NCBI RefSeq assembly: GCF_006345805.1
Contig: NC_043008.1
Location: 37,820,001-37,884,000, forward strand
Reading direction: 5' to 3'
From: Octopus sinensis
Taxonomy: Eukaryota
Length of the DNA stretch: 64,000 nucleotides
Positions 1 through 12,482 of the stretch are shown here, piece after piece. A program made the position numbers and the translations under genes. The notes beneath the pieces were generated by a model. The model worked only from the letters and a program-made list of their open reading frames with translations, ran no database searches and was not told the DNA's origin. The first letter of the stretch is position 1, and every line of letters starts with the position of its first letter.

Positions 1-847
1 TTTTATCTCTAAGAAGTTCAGCATACTTTATTGTTTTGTATTTTCTTTGATACTAATTTTTTTCTGGCAGCAGTTTTTTTCAAATGTTGGTAGAATTGTT
101 CACCAATTATGTAGGTCAGTAGTGTTCACACTTCTGAAAGACAAATAATAAGTCTGGCTCACAGCATTTCATTTGGCTTTGTCTTCCGTTATGAGAACTG
201 TGTTTCTTTACTTAACCACCCAGAGACAGAATTAAAAAGCAAATATTCAAGTCAGTTATATTATTTGGGAATATAATCCCTTGATCCCACCATTTCTGGA
301 TGCCTTGTAAAGGGTCAGAGGCACTGCTTTCCTTCTTGATGAAAACATAGGGATGGTTTTAAATTAGTTGATAGATTAAGTCTACCATCCAAATAGACAC
401 AGGATTTGGGCTCAGAATACCAACAGCTGCAAAAATTCTTGGAAGGCATCCCATGTCCAATCTAACAGTCTTACAGTTCTACCAATCCACTACCTTTGAT
501 TGGTACTGTTTTATTGATACTGAAAGTTGAGTTTGGTAAGATTTGAACTCAGCAGAGAATGAAAACAAATTCTGAGAGGATTTCTTTTCAAGATTTTAAT
601 GATTGTATCAAATTCCCATCTGTACATTTTCATCTTATAAAGTCTTCATTGCATAAAATATATAGGAAAAACCATACACACAGCGTAGAAATGATGAACA
701 GTTTGACAATATGGAAATAAAGCCTTATAAAATCATGATGCTAGTTGAATTTTGCCATCTTAGCGTGTTTCTCATTAAAGATTCATTCCGTATGAGAGAT
801 TTAAAGTGATTGACAAAGTAAAGCAACTAATATTTATTATTATTATA

Positions 848-1020
848 AGGTGGTGAGCTGGCAGAAATGATAGCACACCAGGCAAAATGCTTAGTGGTAT
901 TTCGTTTGTCTTTACGTTCTGAGTTCAAATTCCGCCGAGTCCGACATTGCATTTCATTCTTTTGGGGTTGATAAATTAAGTACCAGTCGCATATTGGGCC
1001 TTGTGCCTAGAGTAGAAAAA
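848..1020 (+). mobile_element. tRNA-derived SINE family B
   Basis: Head GGTGGTGAGCTGGCAGAA, B-box-like GAGTTCAAATTCC, conserved core TTTCATTCTTTTGGGGTTGATAAATTAAGTACCAG shared with copies at 1.4, 1.8, 2.0, 28.7, 42.8 and 60.2 kb. Confidence 0.8.
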
Positions 1021-1024
1021 TAAT

Positions 1025-1397
1025 GGAGTGGGTGTGTGGTAAGTAGCTTGCTTACTAACCACATGGTTCTGCGTTGAGTCCCACTGCGGGACACCTTGGG
1101 CAAGTGTCTTCTACTTTAGCCTCGGGCTGACCAAAGCCTTGTGAGTGGATTTGGTAGATGGAAACTGAAGAAAGCCCTTCGTATATATATGTATATATGT
1201 GTGTGTGTATGTTTGAGTGCCTGTGTTTGTCCTCCCAACATCGCTTGACAACCAATGCTGGTGTGTTTACATTCCCATAACTTAGTGGTTCAGCAAAAGA
1301 GACTGATAGAAAAAGTACTAGGCTTACAAAGAATAAGACCCGGGGTGGATTTGCTTGACTAAAGGCGGTGCTCCAAAATGGCCACAGTCAAATGACT
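1025..1397 (+). mobile_element. tRNA-derived SINE family A
   Basis: GGAGTGG.TGTGTGGTAAGTAGCTTGCTTAC head, CACCTTGGGCAAGTGTCTT core, internal (TA)/(TG) microsatellite, tail AAAGGCGGTGCTCCA..ATGGCC.CAGTCAAATGACT; about 10 copies in the window. Confidence 0.9.
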
Positions 1398-1408
1398 AGT
1401 TATCATAA

Positions 1409-1600
1409 AAGCAGTGAACTGGCAGAACTGTTACCATGCTGGGTGGAATGCTTAGTGACATTTCATCTGCCTTTACATTCTGAGTTCAAATTCTTCCAAG
1501 TTATACTCTGCCTTCCATCTTTTGGTGTCAATAAAATAAGTACTAGTTGAGAACTGGGGTCAATGTTATCGACTTACCCACTCCCTGGAAATTACTGGTC
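1409..1600 (+). mobile_element. SINE family B, diverged copy
   Basis: Same head, B-box and core motifs as 848-1020. Confidence 0.7.
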
Positions 1601-1729
1601 TTTTTTCACTTCATCAGTCCTCGGAGGAGGAAAGGCAAATTCAACCTTAGCAACATTTGAACTAAGAATCTAAACTTGGCTGCAATGCCACTAAGCATTT
1701 GCCTGGTGTGCTAACAGTTCTTTTCTCCT

Positions 1730-2152
1730 CTAGGCACAAGGCCCAAAATTTTGGGGGAGGGGGTCAGTTGATTAGATGGACCTCAGTATGCAACTGGTAC
1801 TTAATTTATCGACTCTGAAAGGATGAAAGGCAAAGTCGACCTTGGTGGAATTTGAACTCACAACATATAAAGACAGACAAAATACCACTAAGCGTTTCAC
1901 CCAGTGTACTAATGTTTCTTATTTCTTTATTGCCCACAAGGGTCTAAACATAGAAGGGACAAACAAGGACAGACAAAGGGATTAAGTCAATTACATCGAC
2001 CCCAGTGTGTAACTGGATCTTAAGTTATCGACCCCGAAAGGATGAAAGGCAAAGTCGACCTTGGTGGAATTTGAACTCACAGCGTAAAGACAGATGAAAT
2101 ACTGCTAAATGTTTTGCTCAGCTTGTTAATGTTTCTGCCAGCTCGCCGCCTT
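1730..2152 (-). mobile_element. Two adjacent SINE family B copies
   Basis: Two occurrences of GAAAGGATGAAAGGCAAAGTCGACCTTGGTGGAATTTGAACTCAC (reverse complement of the family B core); head CTGCCAGCTCGCCGCCTT at about 2136-2153. Confidence 0.8.
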
Positions 2153-3127
2153 AAACTGCCCAGATATTATTGTTAAAAATACCAAAAACAAGTCTGCCTC
2201 TACACACAAGCACACACACACACACACAAACACACACACATCCATATGAAAGAAAAAAAGAAAAACACCAAATTTAATAAATTAAAATGTAACCTACATT
2301 AAAACATTTCTCAAAATTATTCTCCATAGTTTGTTGGTTTGATATGAAACACAGCAACAAGTTAATAAGTTTGGGGAGGCTGACCAATAAGACAGGTAAT
2401 ATTTTACATAATAGATGAGACTTCATTGTTGCCGTTGTCCTTGTTGTTGCTGTTGTTGTTATTGTCCTCCTCCACCTCTTCCTCCTCCACCTCCTCTACC
2501 GTTACTGCTGTATTTTTTTTTTATATTAGAAAATGCATTAATTGTTTTGATTCAATAACCATCAATCAACTAGTGTATGTATGAGTTTGTATATTGAGGG
2601 GAGAGGGTCTCCATTCATCAGTTTGACATGCCATTTATATTGAGATATTTATCTATTTTCCCTGATTTTATTTAAATATATATCATCTTGATTATTACTT
2701 CATGATTTGCTATCTATCATGCACTCCCCTTCTTTCTCACTCTGTGTGTGTGTGTGAATGTGTGTATGTGTGTGTGTGTGTGTGTGTGTGCATATACATA
2801 CGTATACATTCACATATATTCATGCATATATATATATATATATATATACACATACACATAATTATATGGCATATATGTATTTTGATGGGTGCATATAGGC
2901 ATGTAGATGTTTCTATCTATCTATAAATATATATTTATATATGAATGTATGCCTTTTGTGTGTGTGTGTGTATGCACATGCAATCAGATGTTTCATTTTT
3001 GGAAAACAATTGCTTCTCATTTGAAGTCTGCCCAAATATCCACCAAGCAATTGGTCCATTATCTCTGGAAGTGAAGATGGTAGCCCATTCTGCCATTCTA
3101 TGAGTTTGTGTACACATACATACATAC

Positions 3128-3449
3128 AAGCACAACATACCTGATATAAGGATTTGGGATTGAGAAAAGAAACTGTGTACAGTTGTGGAAATCAGCTGCC
3201 CAGCAGATGTTAACATAAAATTGAAGATCAGTGAAAAAGAGGATATTTATGCTGAACTATTGAGAAATCTACAGTTACTCTATCCAGATTACAAGTGCTG
3301 GTTTATTCCTGTAACATACAGAAAATTGCACTACTAGGCACTTTCCATACAATAACCATCAGAACATCACAACAAATCACAGCACAAACCAAAGGCACAC
3401 AGAGCTGTGCTCGGTAGTGAAGTGAAAGCACGCTATAAAAATAAAACTA

Positions 3450-3455
<6 letters not shown>
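3128..3455 (+). mobile_element. 3' fragment of a restriction-like-endonuclease (RLE) non-LTR retrotransposon, R4/Dong-like
   Basis: Hand translation KHNIPDIRIWD*EKKLCTVVEISCPADVNIKLKISEKEDIYAELLRNLQLLYPDY shows the PD..D..E RLE motif, then IQKIALLGT; ends AAAACTACTGAAT followed by (TAA)n. Confidence 0.75.
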
Positions 3456-3492
<37 letters not shown>

Positions 3493-3503
3493 TAATAATA
3501 ATA

Positions 3504-3534
<31 letters not shown>

Positions 3535-3623
3535 TAGTAATAATAATAATAATAATAAATGAAAGTATGAAATTTAGCACTTTTATAAAAGGAGATAAAT
3601 TCTACCACGTATGTTAAAGGAAA

Positions 3624-4916
3624 TTACATGAGAGCTTCTGGGTAAAGAACATTCTTTGTTTTCTGGTTTGAAGTATAGACAAACAAGTCTTGCAAACTAC
3701 CTACCCTGGAGCAACCAACATAAAGTTGACCATGAGAAAAGCAAGCCTGTAGATTTCAAAGACTGGCCTTGAGCTTTACTAATAGACATTAAAAAGCCAA
3801 GTCCCACTGGCAATTGTACCTCAAATGGCATGTCTGTTGGTTTGATTAGAATTCTTGGAATGAAAACCTCTTCCCCAGAGATAAATCCAGTGATGATGGT
3901 AGCTTCTATCACAATAGTTGATAATGTCTTCACAATCAACTTTGTCCCATTGCATAATTTAGGAGGATCTAAATTTTTCAGAAGCTTCATTGGGACTCCT
4001 ACCTTCAGAAAAAGTTTAGGTGGAGGAGTTACAGGTGGCCCAAGAGAATACTGTTAGGTAATGGACAGTTGATTCAAGAACTGAATCAACTGATTTGTAC
4101 TCTTCAATGACTGTTGGAATCTTATCTGTTAATTCATGGTTAATTCTTGCTACTGTCTCATTTTTGGAGCAAGAATTGCCCTTTCACACAACAATTTATG
4201 TGAATTATAATTATTACTTAAGTCTGGAAACACTTTCTTCTTCAATTCAGCTGGGGAAGTCACCATGATTGCAATATGAGCCAAATTGATATTTCCATTC
4301 CCATCAAATGGTACTTTCCCATTTCCTAATTGGAAGAGACAGGTTGAAAACTGTTCTGCACATTGGTCCCGATGTAATAAAGCTTACATGTTAGTATTGA
4401 AGGAGAATTTCTGCACTTTATTTAATCAGTGTGAAGACTCAATGCATGCTTTTATTTCATCAGGTCTTGTTCCTCTTGGAATGACCGGTAATGTCTGTCT
4501 GAAGTCTCCTGATAAAATTAATGTAACTCCTCCCATAAATTTATTGTTGCCTCTGATGTCCTTTAATGTCTTATCAAGAGCTTCCGTAGCACCTCTATGT
4601 GACATGGTGCATTCATCCCAAATGATAAAGTGGTATTGGCACAACACTTCAGCTGAACCTGAATCTTTGCTTATGTTACAAATTGGACTGTCATTTGTGA
4701 CCAGGTTTAGCAGTAATTTAAAAGCAGAATGAGTTGTCTGTCCCCCTCGGAGAATGGTTGCAGCAAAGCAAGATAGTGCTACAGTAACTACAATTCTTTT
4801 TTGTTGCCTTACCTTGGAGAGAAGCAATGTTGTCACAAATGTTTTACCTGTGCTACAAGGAGCATCAAAAACGAAAATTCCTGTTTTTTCGGGCGATTGT
4901 GGAAGGATGCATTCAT

Positions 4917-4920
<4 letters not shown>
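3624..4920 (-). pseudogene. Helitron Rep/helicase (PIF1-like SF1 helicase) C-terminal remnant
   Basis: ORFs 4426-4920 and 3697-3990 plus intervening frames: Walker A DAPCSTGKT, IIWDECTM, GDFRQTLPV, RAILAPKN, LLKNLDPPKLCNGT, KAQGQSL, HGQLYVGCSRVG...NVLYPEAL*; disrupted by stops and frameshifts. Confidence 0.92.
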
Positions 4921-4947
<27 letters not shown>

Positions 4948-5273
4948 AATACATATACATATACATACAGTATCAAATATCAGATGAACTGGACATGTGT
5001 GTGTGTGAGAGAGAGCAAGAGAAAGAGAGAGAGAGAGAAAGAGCGTGTAAAGAGGTGTGTTGTCATGTGTATGTACATAAATAAGTAAGCATACATCTTT
5101 TTTTGTATGTATGTGTGCAGGTGAGAGAGAGAGAGAGAGAGAATACCACTAGACATCACTCTCTCTCTCTCCCTCTCTCACACTCATACGTACGCATACA
5201 TACAAAAAAGATGTAAGCATATGTATTTATGTATGTACATATACATGACAACATCCCTTCACTCACTCCCCCA

Positions 5274-5305
<32 letters not shown>

Positions 5306-5515
5306 TACACATACATACGTTCATAGAAGAATAAAAATTACACATATGCATATGTGACTGAATGATGCGTAAAAAGTAAATAAATAAAAACTTTCTACGG
5401 AAATTAACGAAGTGTGCAAGTTCAAGCAAAAGAATACCCATATTTTTGGGATGTCCCATATTGAATTGCAAAAATTTTAATGTGCTATTTGTGTAATAAT
5501 GCAATCAATCCTGGA

Positions 5516-5518
<3 letters not shown>

Positions 5519-5561
<43 letters not shown>

Positions 5562-5623
5562 TGTGTGAGTGTGTCTGTGTGTGTGTTTGTGTGTGTGTGC
5601 ATGCGTGTGCGTGTGTGTGTGTT

Positions 5624-5654
<31 letters not shown>

Positions 5655-5671
5655 ATGTGTGTGTGTGTGTG

Positions 5672-5722
<51 letters not shown>
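5519..5722. repeat. (TG)n/(AG)n compound microsatellite
   Basis: Directly visible. Confidence 0.95.
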
Positions 5723-5723
<1 letters not shown>

Positions 5724-6183
5724 TGGAGAGAAAACATTGCAAGCAATGAATGAGATAAATATGAAATGAAAATATTATAAATAAAAGCACGTCAAAAACT
5801 ATCTTGTACCAAATATTTAAATTTGTGAACTTTTTCTTTCGGTAATCTATCATAGTTGTTTGCAAATAGCAAATTAAAACTTGAAATGAAAACATTAAAA
5901 TTAAGACTGAGAGATTTCACCGTTTTTATGTCTTACCAGAAGTTGACATTGAGAAACCTTTTTAAAGAAGTGAATCATAAATATAAAACAATATTGTTAA
6001 TTTTTAATAATAAAAAATAAACTGATGACCCTATTAGGTATCCGAGGTCAAATTCTTCAGGTATCCTAAGTATGGAAGCAATTTGTGCAGCCATTTTTGC
6101 ATGAAAGGCAACCACACACACAGAGGTTTGTTTTATATAGTAAGGAATAATTCAATAACATCATGGAAAAAAAACTGTTTTCT

Positions 6184-6803
6184 TCAGGTGGTTTTATATT
6201 TATTTTTCTGCTTAAATAGAGTGCTGGTGACAACAACCAGATTATTCTTAATACAAAACATCAAAAGAGCTACTCCATTTTCATTGCATTTTCCAATCCC
6301 ATGTTGATCTAAAACAGGCCATGAAACATAGTCCTTTCCAATTCTTGCATTGAAATCTCCCAGTATAACCAGCTTGTCAGAAACTGGTACTTTCCTCAAT
6401 AATTGTGCTAGATCATTATAAAACTGTCCTACAGTTTCATCAGAATGGGACATTGTTGGTGCATAAATACTGACAATGGTAAGAAACCTATCTTTTATCA
6501 GTTTAATACGGCATGACATGGTCTGTTCAGATATACCACTTGGAACCTCTGCAATGAAGGACACTAATGTATTCCTGAGAACAAACCCAACACCATATCC
6601 TCTATGCTGACCCTTAGGTAGGCCTCTCCAAAAGATAGTATATCCATAAGTAGGTTCATATACTTGACCCTCACCAAAGAGATGAGTTTTGGAGAGTGCA
6701 ACTATATCAAGGGAATATTTCTTAAGCTCACATACCAATTAGAGCAGTACTCCTTTCTGGCATCTTGTTGAAATTATCACCAAGAAGTGTGCGCACATTC
6801 TAA
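6184..6803 (-). mobile_element. RTE-clade LINE fragment, apurinic-type endonuclease domain
   Basis: ORF 6184-6738 has DIVALS, GVGF, SIYAPT, LGDFNARIG, NENG; upstream frame reads *NVRTLL (the WNVRTL motif, mutated). Confidence 0.9.
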
Positions 6804-6817
6804 CAACCACACATCAT

Positions 6818-6854
<37 letters not shown>

Positions 6855-6975
6855 GACATTGTTGTCATTATCATCACCATTTTACATCTGCCATCCATGC
6901 TGGCATGGGTCGGACAGTTTGACAGGAGCTGATCTGGTAGAAGGCTATTCATTTGAACTCCCACACATACAGCAT
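6855..6975 (-). mobile_element. RTE-type 3' tail repeat (SINE/LINE end)
   Basis: CCATGCTGGCATGGGTCGGACAGTTTGAC next to a (CAT)n tail; the same motif occurs at 12.25, 21.7, 24.25, 25.9 and 41.9 kb. Confidence 0.6.
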
Positions 6976-7979
6976 TGTGATCCGCTTAGTTTTCTCTTCG
7001 TTTATCTTACTTCTGTTGTCTCTTTGTTAATTCTTTCACACTATATTTGTCTCCCTATATATATATTTGACCTCTGTCCGCTCACACAATACTCCATCCA
7101 CCTATCTACTTACCTACCTAAACCCATCCCCAGGAAACTGGAACAGCACCAGAAAAGCAACAACAACAACAATAATAATGATAATGATAATAATTACACA
7201 AGGAAGACCTGTATGTGTAGTTAATTGTATCACCATCGATGTTACAACAGCACTCAAATGTAAACGAAGTCCTGTAGGAGATTATAGGAATGTTTACACC
7301 ATTTCTGTTGCTTATAGCTTGTCTATCAAAGACAAGTGGCAAAGAACTATACAAGCAGAAAACGTTCTCTGGTTCCTCTGGGATATTATTGGCTTCAACA
7401 ATGGCACAGGATTATAAACCTCCTGCAACCAAAACGAACACACATACACACACAAACACATATGCAAATACATATAACAAGCACACACACATATGCAATT
7501 ACATATAACAAGCACACACACATATGCAGATGCTTATAACAAGCACACACACATACACAGATGTTCACTATTCCTGGACATTCTCTCACTCTGTCTCTGT
7601 CTGTGTGTGTGTGTCTCTCTCTCTCTCTCTCACTTTTCCTTTTATTCATTGTCTTCCTCTTTCACTCACTTCTTCCTCTCTTATTTACTCCTCATTTTCT
7701 CACTTATTCCTCATTCTCTAATTTGATCTCTCATTTCTTCAACCATTCACTCTTTTTTCACTCACTCTCAACTTTTCTTTTTCTCTCATTCCATGAAAAA
7801 CTCATACTTTCATACTTTTTGTTTTTTCCTGCTCCCTCCTATCTCTCTCTTTCTTATACTCTGTCTTTAACTTACATATTCTCTTTTTTCCTAGACACAC
7901 ATACAACATATACACACACACATTATTGGATATTTGCTTTGCCTTAGAAAAAAAAAAGAGAGAAAATAATCAAAAATCT

Positions 7980-8940
7980 TCCAAAATCTCTAAGAGTCTA
8001 TATTATCAATGTTGATGGAAACCATTTCACTTAAGTTAACCCCATCTATTCAATTACAGCTTGGGAAAATCATTGTAATTTCACACCACTAACCCTGTTC
8101 ATTCAATTATATTTTTGTTAATCATTACGTTTCTCTGTTAACCTTAAATCACTTCATTTCTTATTGTTGCTTTATCTTTTCTATTATATTTTGATTAATT
8201 GCGATAATTCACACAGTTTGCTCCTGCTCAATTATAGCTTGGGAAATTATTACATTATTACATTGCTAGCCCTAAATCACTACATTTCCAACTGTTTGCC
8301 CATGTTTTCAATAATATTTTGGTTAATTGTTATATTTCACACAGTTAACTCCTATTCAATTTTAATTTGACAAATCACAACAATCTTACTCACTTAACTC
8401 GGTCTATTCAGTTATATTCTTTTTAATCATTTCTTTTCTCACTGTTAATTCTGCATCACCACATTTTTTTACTGTTAGTCCATCTCTTTTATTTTAGCTA
8501 ATCACCATATTTCACTTTGTTTTCACTCTATTCAATAATACAGGGTGGTCCAAAAGTAGGTTTACAGTTATTCAACTATCTCATTCACATTTATATATTC
8601 AGATCTTAATTATAAAAAAAATATGAAACCATTATTCTATGCTAATTTAGGTAATTGCAAGATAAAAATTTAAATGTAATAAAATTTTAAATGTAATGAT
8701 TAAATGTAAGAAATTTAGAGTGCCTATGTGATACCTGTAAACTTACTTTTGGGCCACCCTATATTTTTGTAAATCAATACATTTCTTACTGCTAAACCAT
8801 CTATCCTATTCTGTTTTTTCTCACTGTTAACCCTTAATCACTACTGTTAGCCCATCTATTCTATTATATTTTTGGTTAATCACAACATTTCACACTATTA
8901 AACTTAACTACATTTCACACAGTTAACCTATGTATTCCAT
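7980..8940. repeat. Degenerate AT-rich minisatellite
   Basis: Recurring motif TTTCACAC(A/T)GTTAAC..CTATTCAATTAT at irregular spacing. Confidence 0.6.
8541..8761. mobile_element. Tc1/mariner-type MITE
   Basis: About 27-bp TIRs CAGGGTGGTCCAAAAGTAGGTTTACAG / CTGTAAACTTACTTTTGGGCCACCCTA with TA on both flanks. Confidence 0.85.
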
Positions 8941-9159
8941 CCAACCATCCATTTTCTCTACCCAAAGAGCCAGAAAAACTGCATCTAAGAATCTGATAGA
9001 GTGAGGCATTTTTCACCATATGAAAGTATTTGTTCTCTTCAGTAACTGCAGTGACTTTGCCATTAGAAGTTGAAATATGTCACAAACATAGTTTTACTAA
9101 CATGAAGTTCATATATATATATATACTAGCAACACATCCTGGCATATATGCATATATGC

Positions 9160-9193
<34 letters not shown>

Positions 9194-9205
9194 AGTATAT
9201 ATATA

Positions 9206-9240
9206 CTAGCAATGCATCCTGGCATTGCCCGGGTATTATG
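9206..9240 (-). mobile_element. Helitron-type 3' terminus
   Basis: Minus strand reads CCCGGGCAATGCCAGG (hairpin)...GCTAG|T; a partial duplicate of the terminus lies at about 9125-9145. Confidence 0.65.
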
Positions 9241-9288
9241 ACCTACAGCCACATTGTATTATTTGTTCCTTTCTTACATGCAGAATTG

Positions 9289-9482
9289 GCTACAAACTCC
9301 CAATGTTTCACTGTTGCCTGATGTTTCATGGATGCGTAGGATTGTACTGAAATAGAAGACGTAAGAAATATCAGTTCACCACCAGAAAATCCAGCTGGAA
9401 ACAACAGGTAAACAATATTATTTCTAAAGAAACTTCTTCACTTTCCAAAAAAGCTCAAAGTGAAACATTGGGAGTTTGTAGC
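9289..9482. mobile_element. MITE-like element with perfect 24-bp inverted repeats
   Basis: GCTACAAACTCCCAATGTTTCACT (9289-9312) and its exact reverse complement (9459-9482). Confidence 0.65.
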
Positions 9483-9565
9483 TTTTTGAAAGTGGTGAAG
9501 TGATGGATAGATGTTGGGAAGGAGATTTTAGTGTTTCTTCAAGAAAAAAGGAAGAATAAAACAGT

Positions 9566-9985
9566 TAGGCGCAGGAGTGGCTGTGTGGTAAGTAGCTTGC
9601 TTACCAACCACATGGTTCTGGGTTCAGTCCCACTGTGTGGCACCTTGGGCAAGTGTCTTCTACTATAGCCTCAGGCCGACCAAAGCCTTGTGAGTGGATT
9701 TGGTAGACGGAAACTGAAAGAAGCCTGTCGTATATATGTATATATATATATATGTATGTGTGTGTGTATGTTTGTGTGTCTGTGTTTGTCACCCTAACAT
9801 CGCTTGACAACCAATGCTGGTGTGTTTACGTCCCCCATAACTTAGCGGTTCGGCTAAAGAGACCGATAGAATAAGTACTAGGTTTACAAAGAATAAGTCC
9901 TGGGGTCGATTTGCTTGACTAAAGGCAGTGCTCCAGAATGGCCACAATCAAATGACTGAAACAAGTAAAAGAGTAAAAGAGAATA
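9566..9985 (+). mobile_element. SINE family A, full length
   Basis: Head to tail match with the other family A copies. Confidence 0.92.
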
Positions 9986-11650
9986 AAGGCTCATACTCTC
10001 TGTTGTTTTCTCTGTGGATTACCAAAAAAAAAAAAAAAAAATTTCAGCCCTGATTGTGAAGCCATAAAGAAGTGTGTGTGTGTGTATCTGTAGGGTTGAT
10101 GTTCCCGAGAAATGTGTACACATAAATATCGTATCAACATAAGTTATCTTTACAGACCATGTTTATAATTATCTATATAATTGACAGCAAATTGTGTAAA
10201 AAAGGAAATGAAATCCTGGTTTAGTCATATATCAATGAAGTTAGTGAAATTGCAACATGTTGTTGACAACATAGTGTCACCATACCTTATAAATGAGAAA
10301 TTGAAATAGTGAGATAATGCCACTCTGTCAGTGGAAGCATTGAAGTGGAGTGGGTGATGTAGCCTATCGAATTAAGGGCAAACTTATTTAGACTTATTTA
10401 CCATCCAAAAATGGCATATCTTCAGAAGTAACCCCCACCTGACAGTATTTCCTCATAGTATGTAGAGAAATTGATGTCTTTTAATGAAATTTGTTTTGGT
10501 TATGTGTATGTTTTCATAAATATTTGTCTGGTGCGACCACCTCTACGTAGTTGTTGCTAGCTTAACAATCATGGGGGAAGTATTATTCAAGTTTATCTTC
10601 TTTTGAAATGGAAAAAGGTATGCAAAAATAACTTCTTTTGCACGTAGAATTTCAGTACGAATTATGTTATTTGTTGCTGTGTGTACACGCAAAATTACAG
10701 CTCAACTCCATTGGAATTGACCAATTTTTATTTTGGAATTTGCGTTTGTGATGAGCATATTGTAAAATCTGATCTTTGATATAAACATAAAAAGAATTTT
10801 ACTTCAGCAATTGTATTGTGTACCAGTTGATTCTAGCATGTCGAAGGTGATTTCGCTCCCACCCCCACTCCACGCCCCTTTTAAAAAAAATTTATTGGTA
10901 TTCCTGTTTTCTTTATAGGAGATTATGATTTTGATGAAAAATCACATTTTTCAAAATTGTAAATATCCTCACTCCCCATCTCAGTTGTTTAATTTTGAAC
11001 TTTTTACAGATTTTTTTTTCTTGTAGAGAAATAGAGTGATTATGAATCCTAAAGAAAATTTAAATTTAAAAAATTTTTCTGAAATTATCCTTCCCCAACC
11101 TCCACCACCCATCACCTCCCTGCTTTTCATAAAGGTAAAAACTCGGACTGGTTTAGCTATTTTGCAAGCATGGAAGTTTCCTCAGAAATAATGTTGTGAT
11201 GGTGTTGTTTGTAGCATGCCATGTTTCTTGGGGGTGGTCTGATATTTTCTACAGGTGCTATTTCAGTAGAATTCTATGCATGTGTGAAACATCGAACGAA
11301 AGGGAAACATTAGAAGCAAATCGAAATATTGCCCGAAAATGGCCTCAAAATTGTGCCACCCAACCTTACTTTTGAGTTTATTTTTGTAGAAGCAAAGAGT
11401 TGTTGTGCCAAAAACATAGTTTATTTGGTAGCCAAAAGATTACTGAATATTTTGGTATCTCATACATCAACATCAGCAACTCAGTTTTCAATTCCATAAG
11501 GAACATACGCACACACATACACATACACAAACTCTGTCTTATATATAGAAAGAGATTATTTATATATATGAAATATATAAATATATAAGTGTATATATAA
11601 ATAATATATATATATATATATATATGCATATACACACACACATGCATGCA

Positions 11651-11943
11651 TATGTGGGTACAGGACATCACCAACAGTAAACAACATGAAATATGAAAAC
11701 AAATGTCTATCTACTGTGCAATGCTTGAAACGAGGAGTAGATAAACAGCTGACAACTGATGGAGGGTAGTTCTTTATGTTACTTGTCCTGTTTTCCATTT
11801 GTTTCTCTCGTTGTTTGCATATCAAACTCATTTTCGTTTTTCGTTTTTCTTGTTTCAGCTCAGAGCTGCGACCATGCTGATGCACCAACGTTTGTTTTCA
11901 TATTTTATGTTGTTTAATGTTGGTAACATCCTGTACCCATATA
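11651..11943. mobile_element. Fold-back element with about 55-bp imperfect inverted arms in a (TA)n tract
   Basis: GGGTACAGGACATCACCAACAGTAAACAACATGAAATATGAAAACAAATGT versus the reverse complement at 11888-11943. Confidence 0.7.
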
Positions 11944-11949
11944 TGCATG

Positions 11950-12140
<191 letters not shown>

Positions 12141-12245
12141 TATGTTGTTATATTTTGGAATGGTCATATTGCCAGTTTAGCCAATAAAAATCTTGCACAA
12201 CAAATATTTAAACGTATATATATATATGCATATATGTATATATAT

Positions 12246-12365
12246 TCATCATCATCATCATCGTTTAACGACTGCTTTCCATGCTAGCATGGGTTGGACG
12301 ATTTGACTGAGGACTGGCGAACCAGATGGCTGCACCAGGCTCCAATCTTGATCCTGGTGCAGCCA
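12246..12365 (-). mobile_element. RTE-type 3' tail repeat
   Basis: CATCATCGTTTAACGACTGCTTTCCATGCTAGCATGGGTTGGACG, near-identical to the 24240 copy. Confidence 0.7.
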
Positions 12366-12393
12366 TACACATCCATATCCATATAAGAATATA

Positions 12394-12440
<47 letters not shown>

Positions 12441-12447
12441 GTGTGTT

Positions 12448-12482
<35 letters not shown>

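Noticed and set aside
7290-7430. Signal-peptide-like start MFTPFLLLIACLSKTSG
   Set aside because: It runs into a (CA)n tract, with no convincing donor and no recognisable homology.
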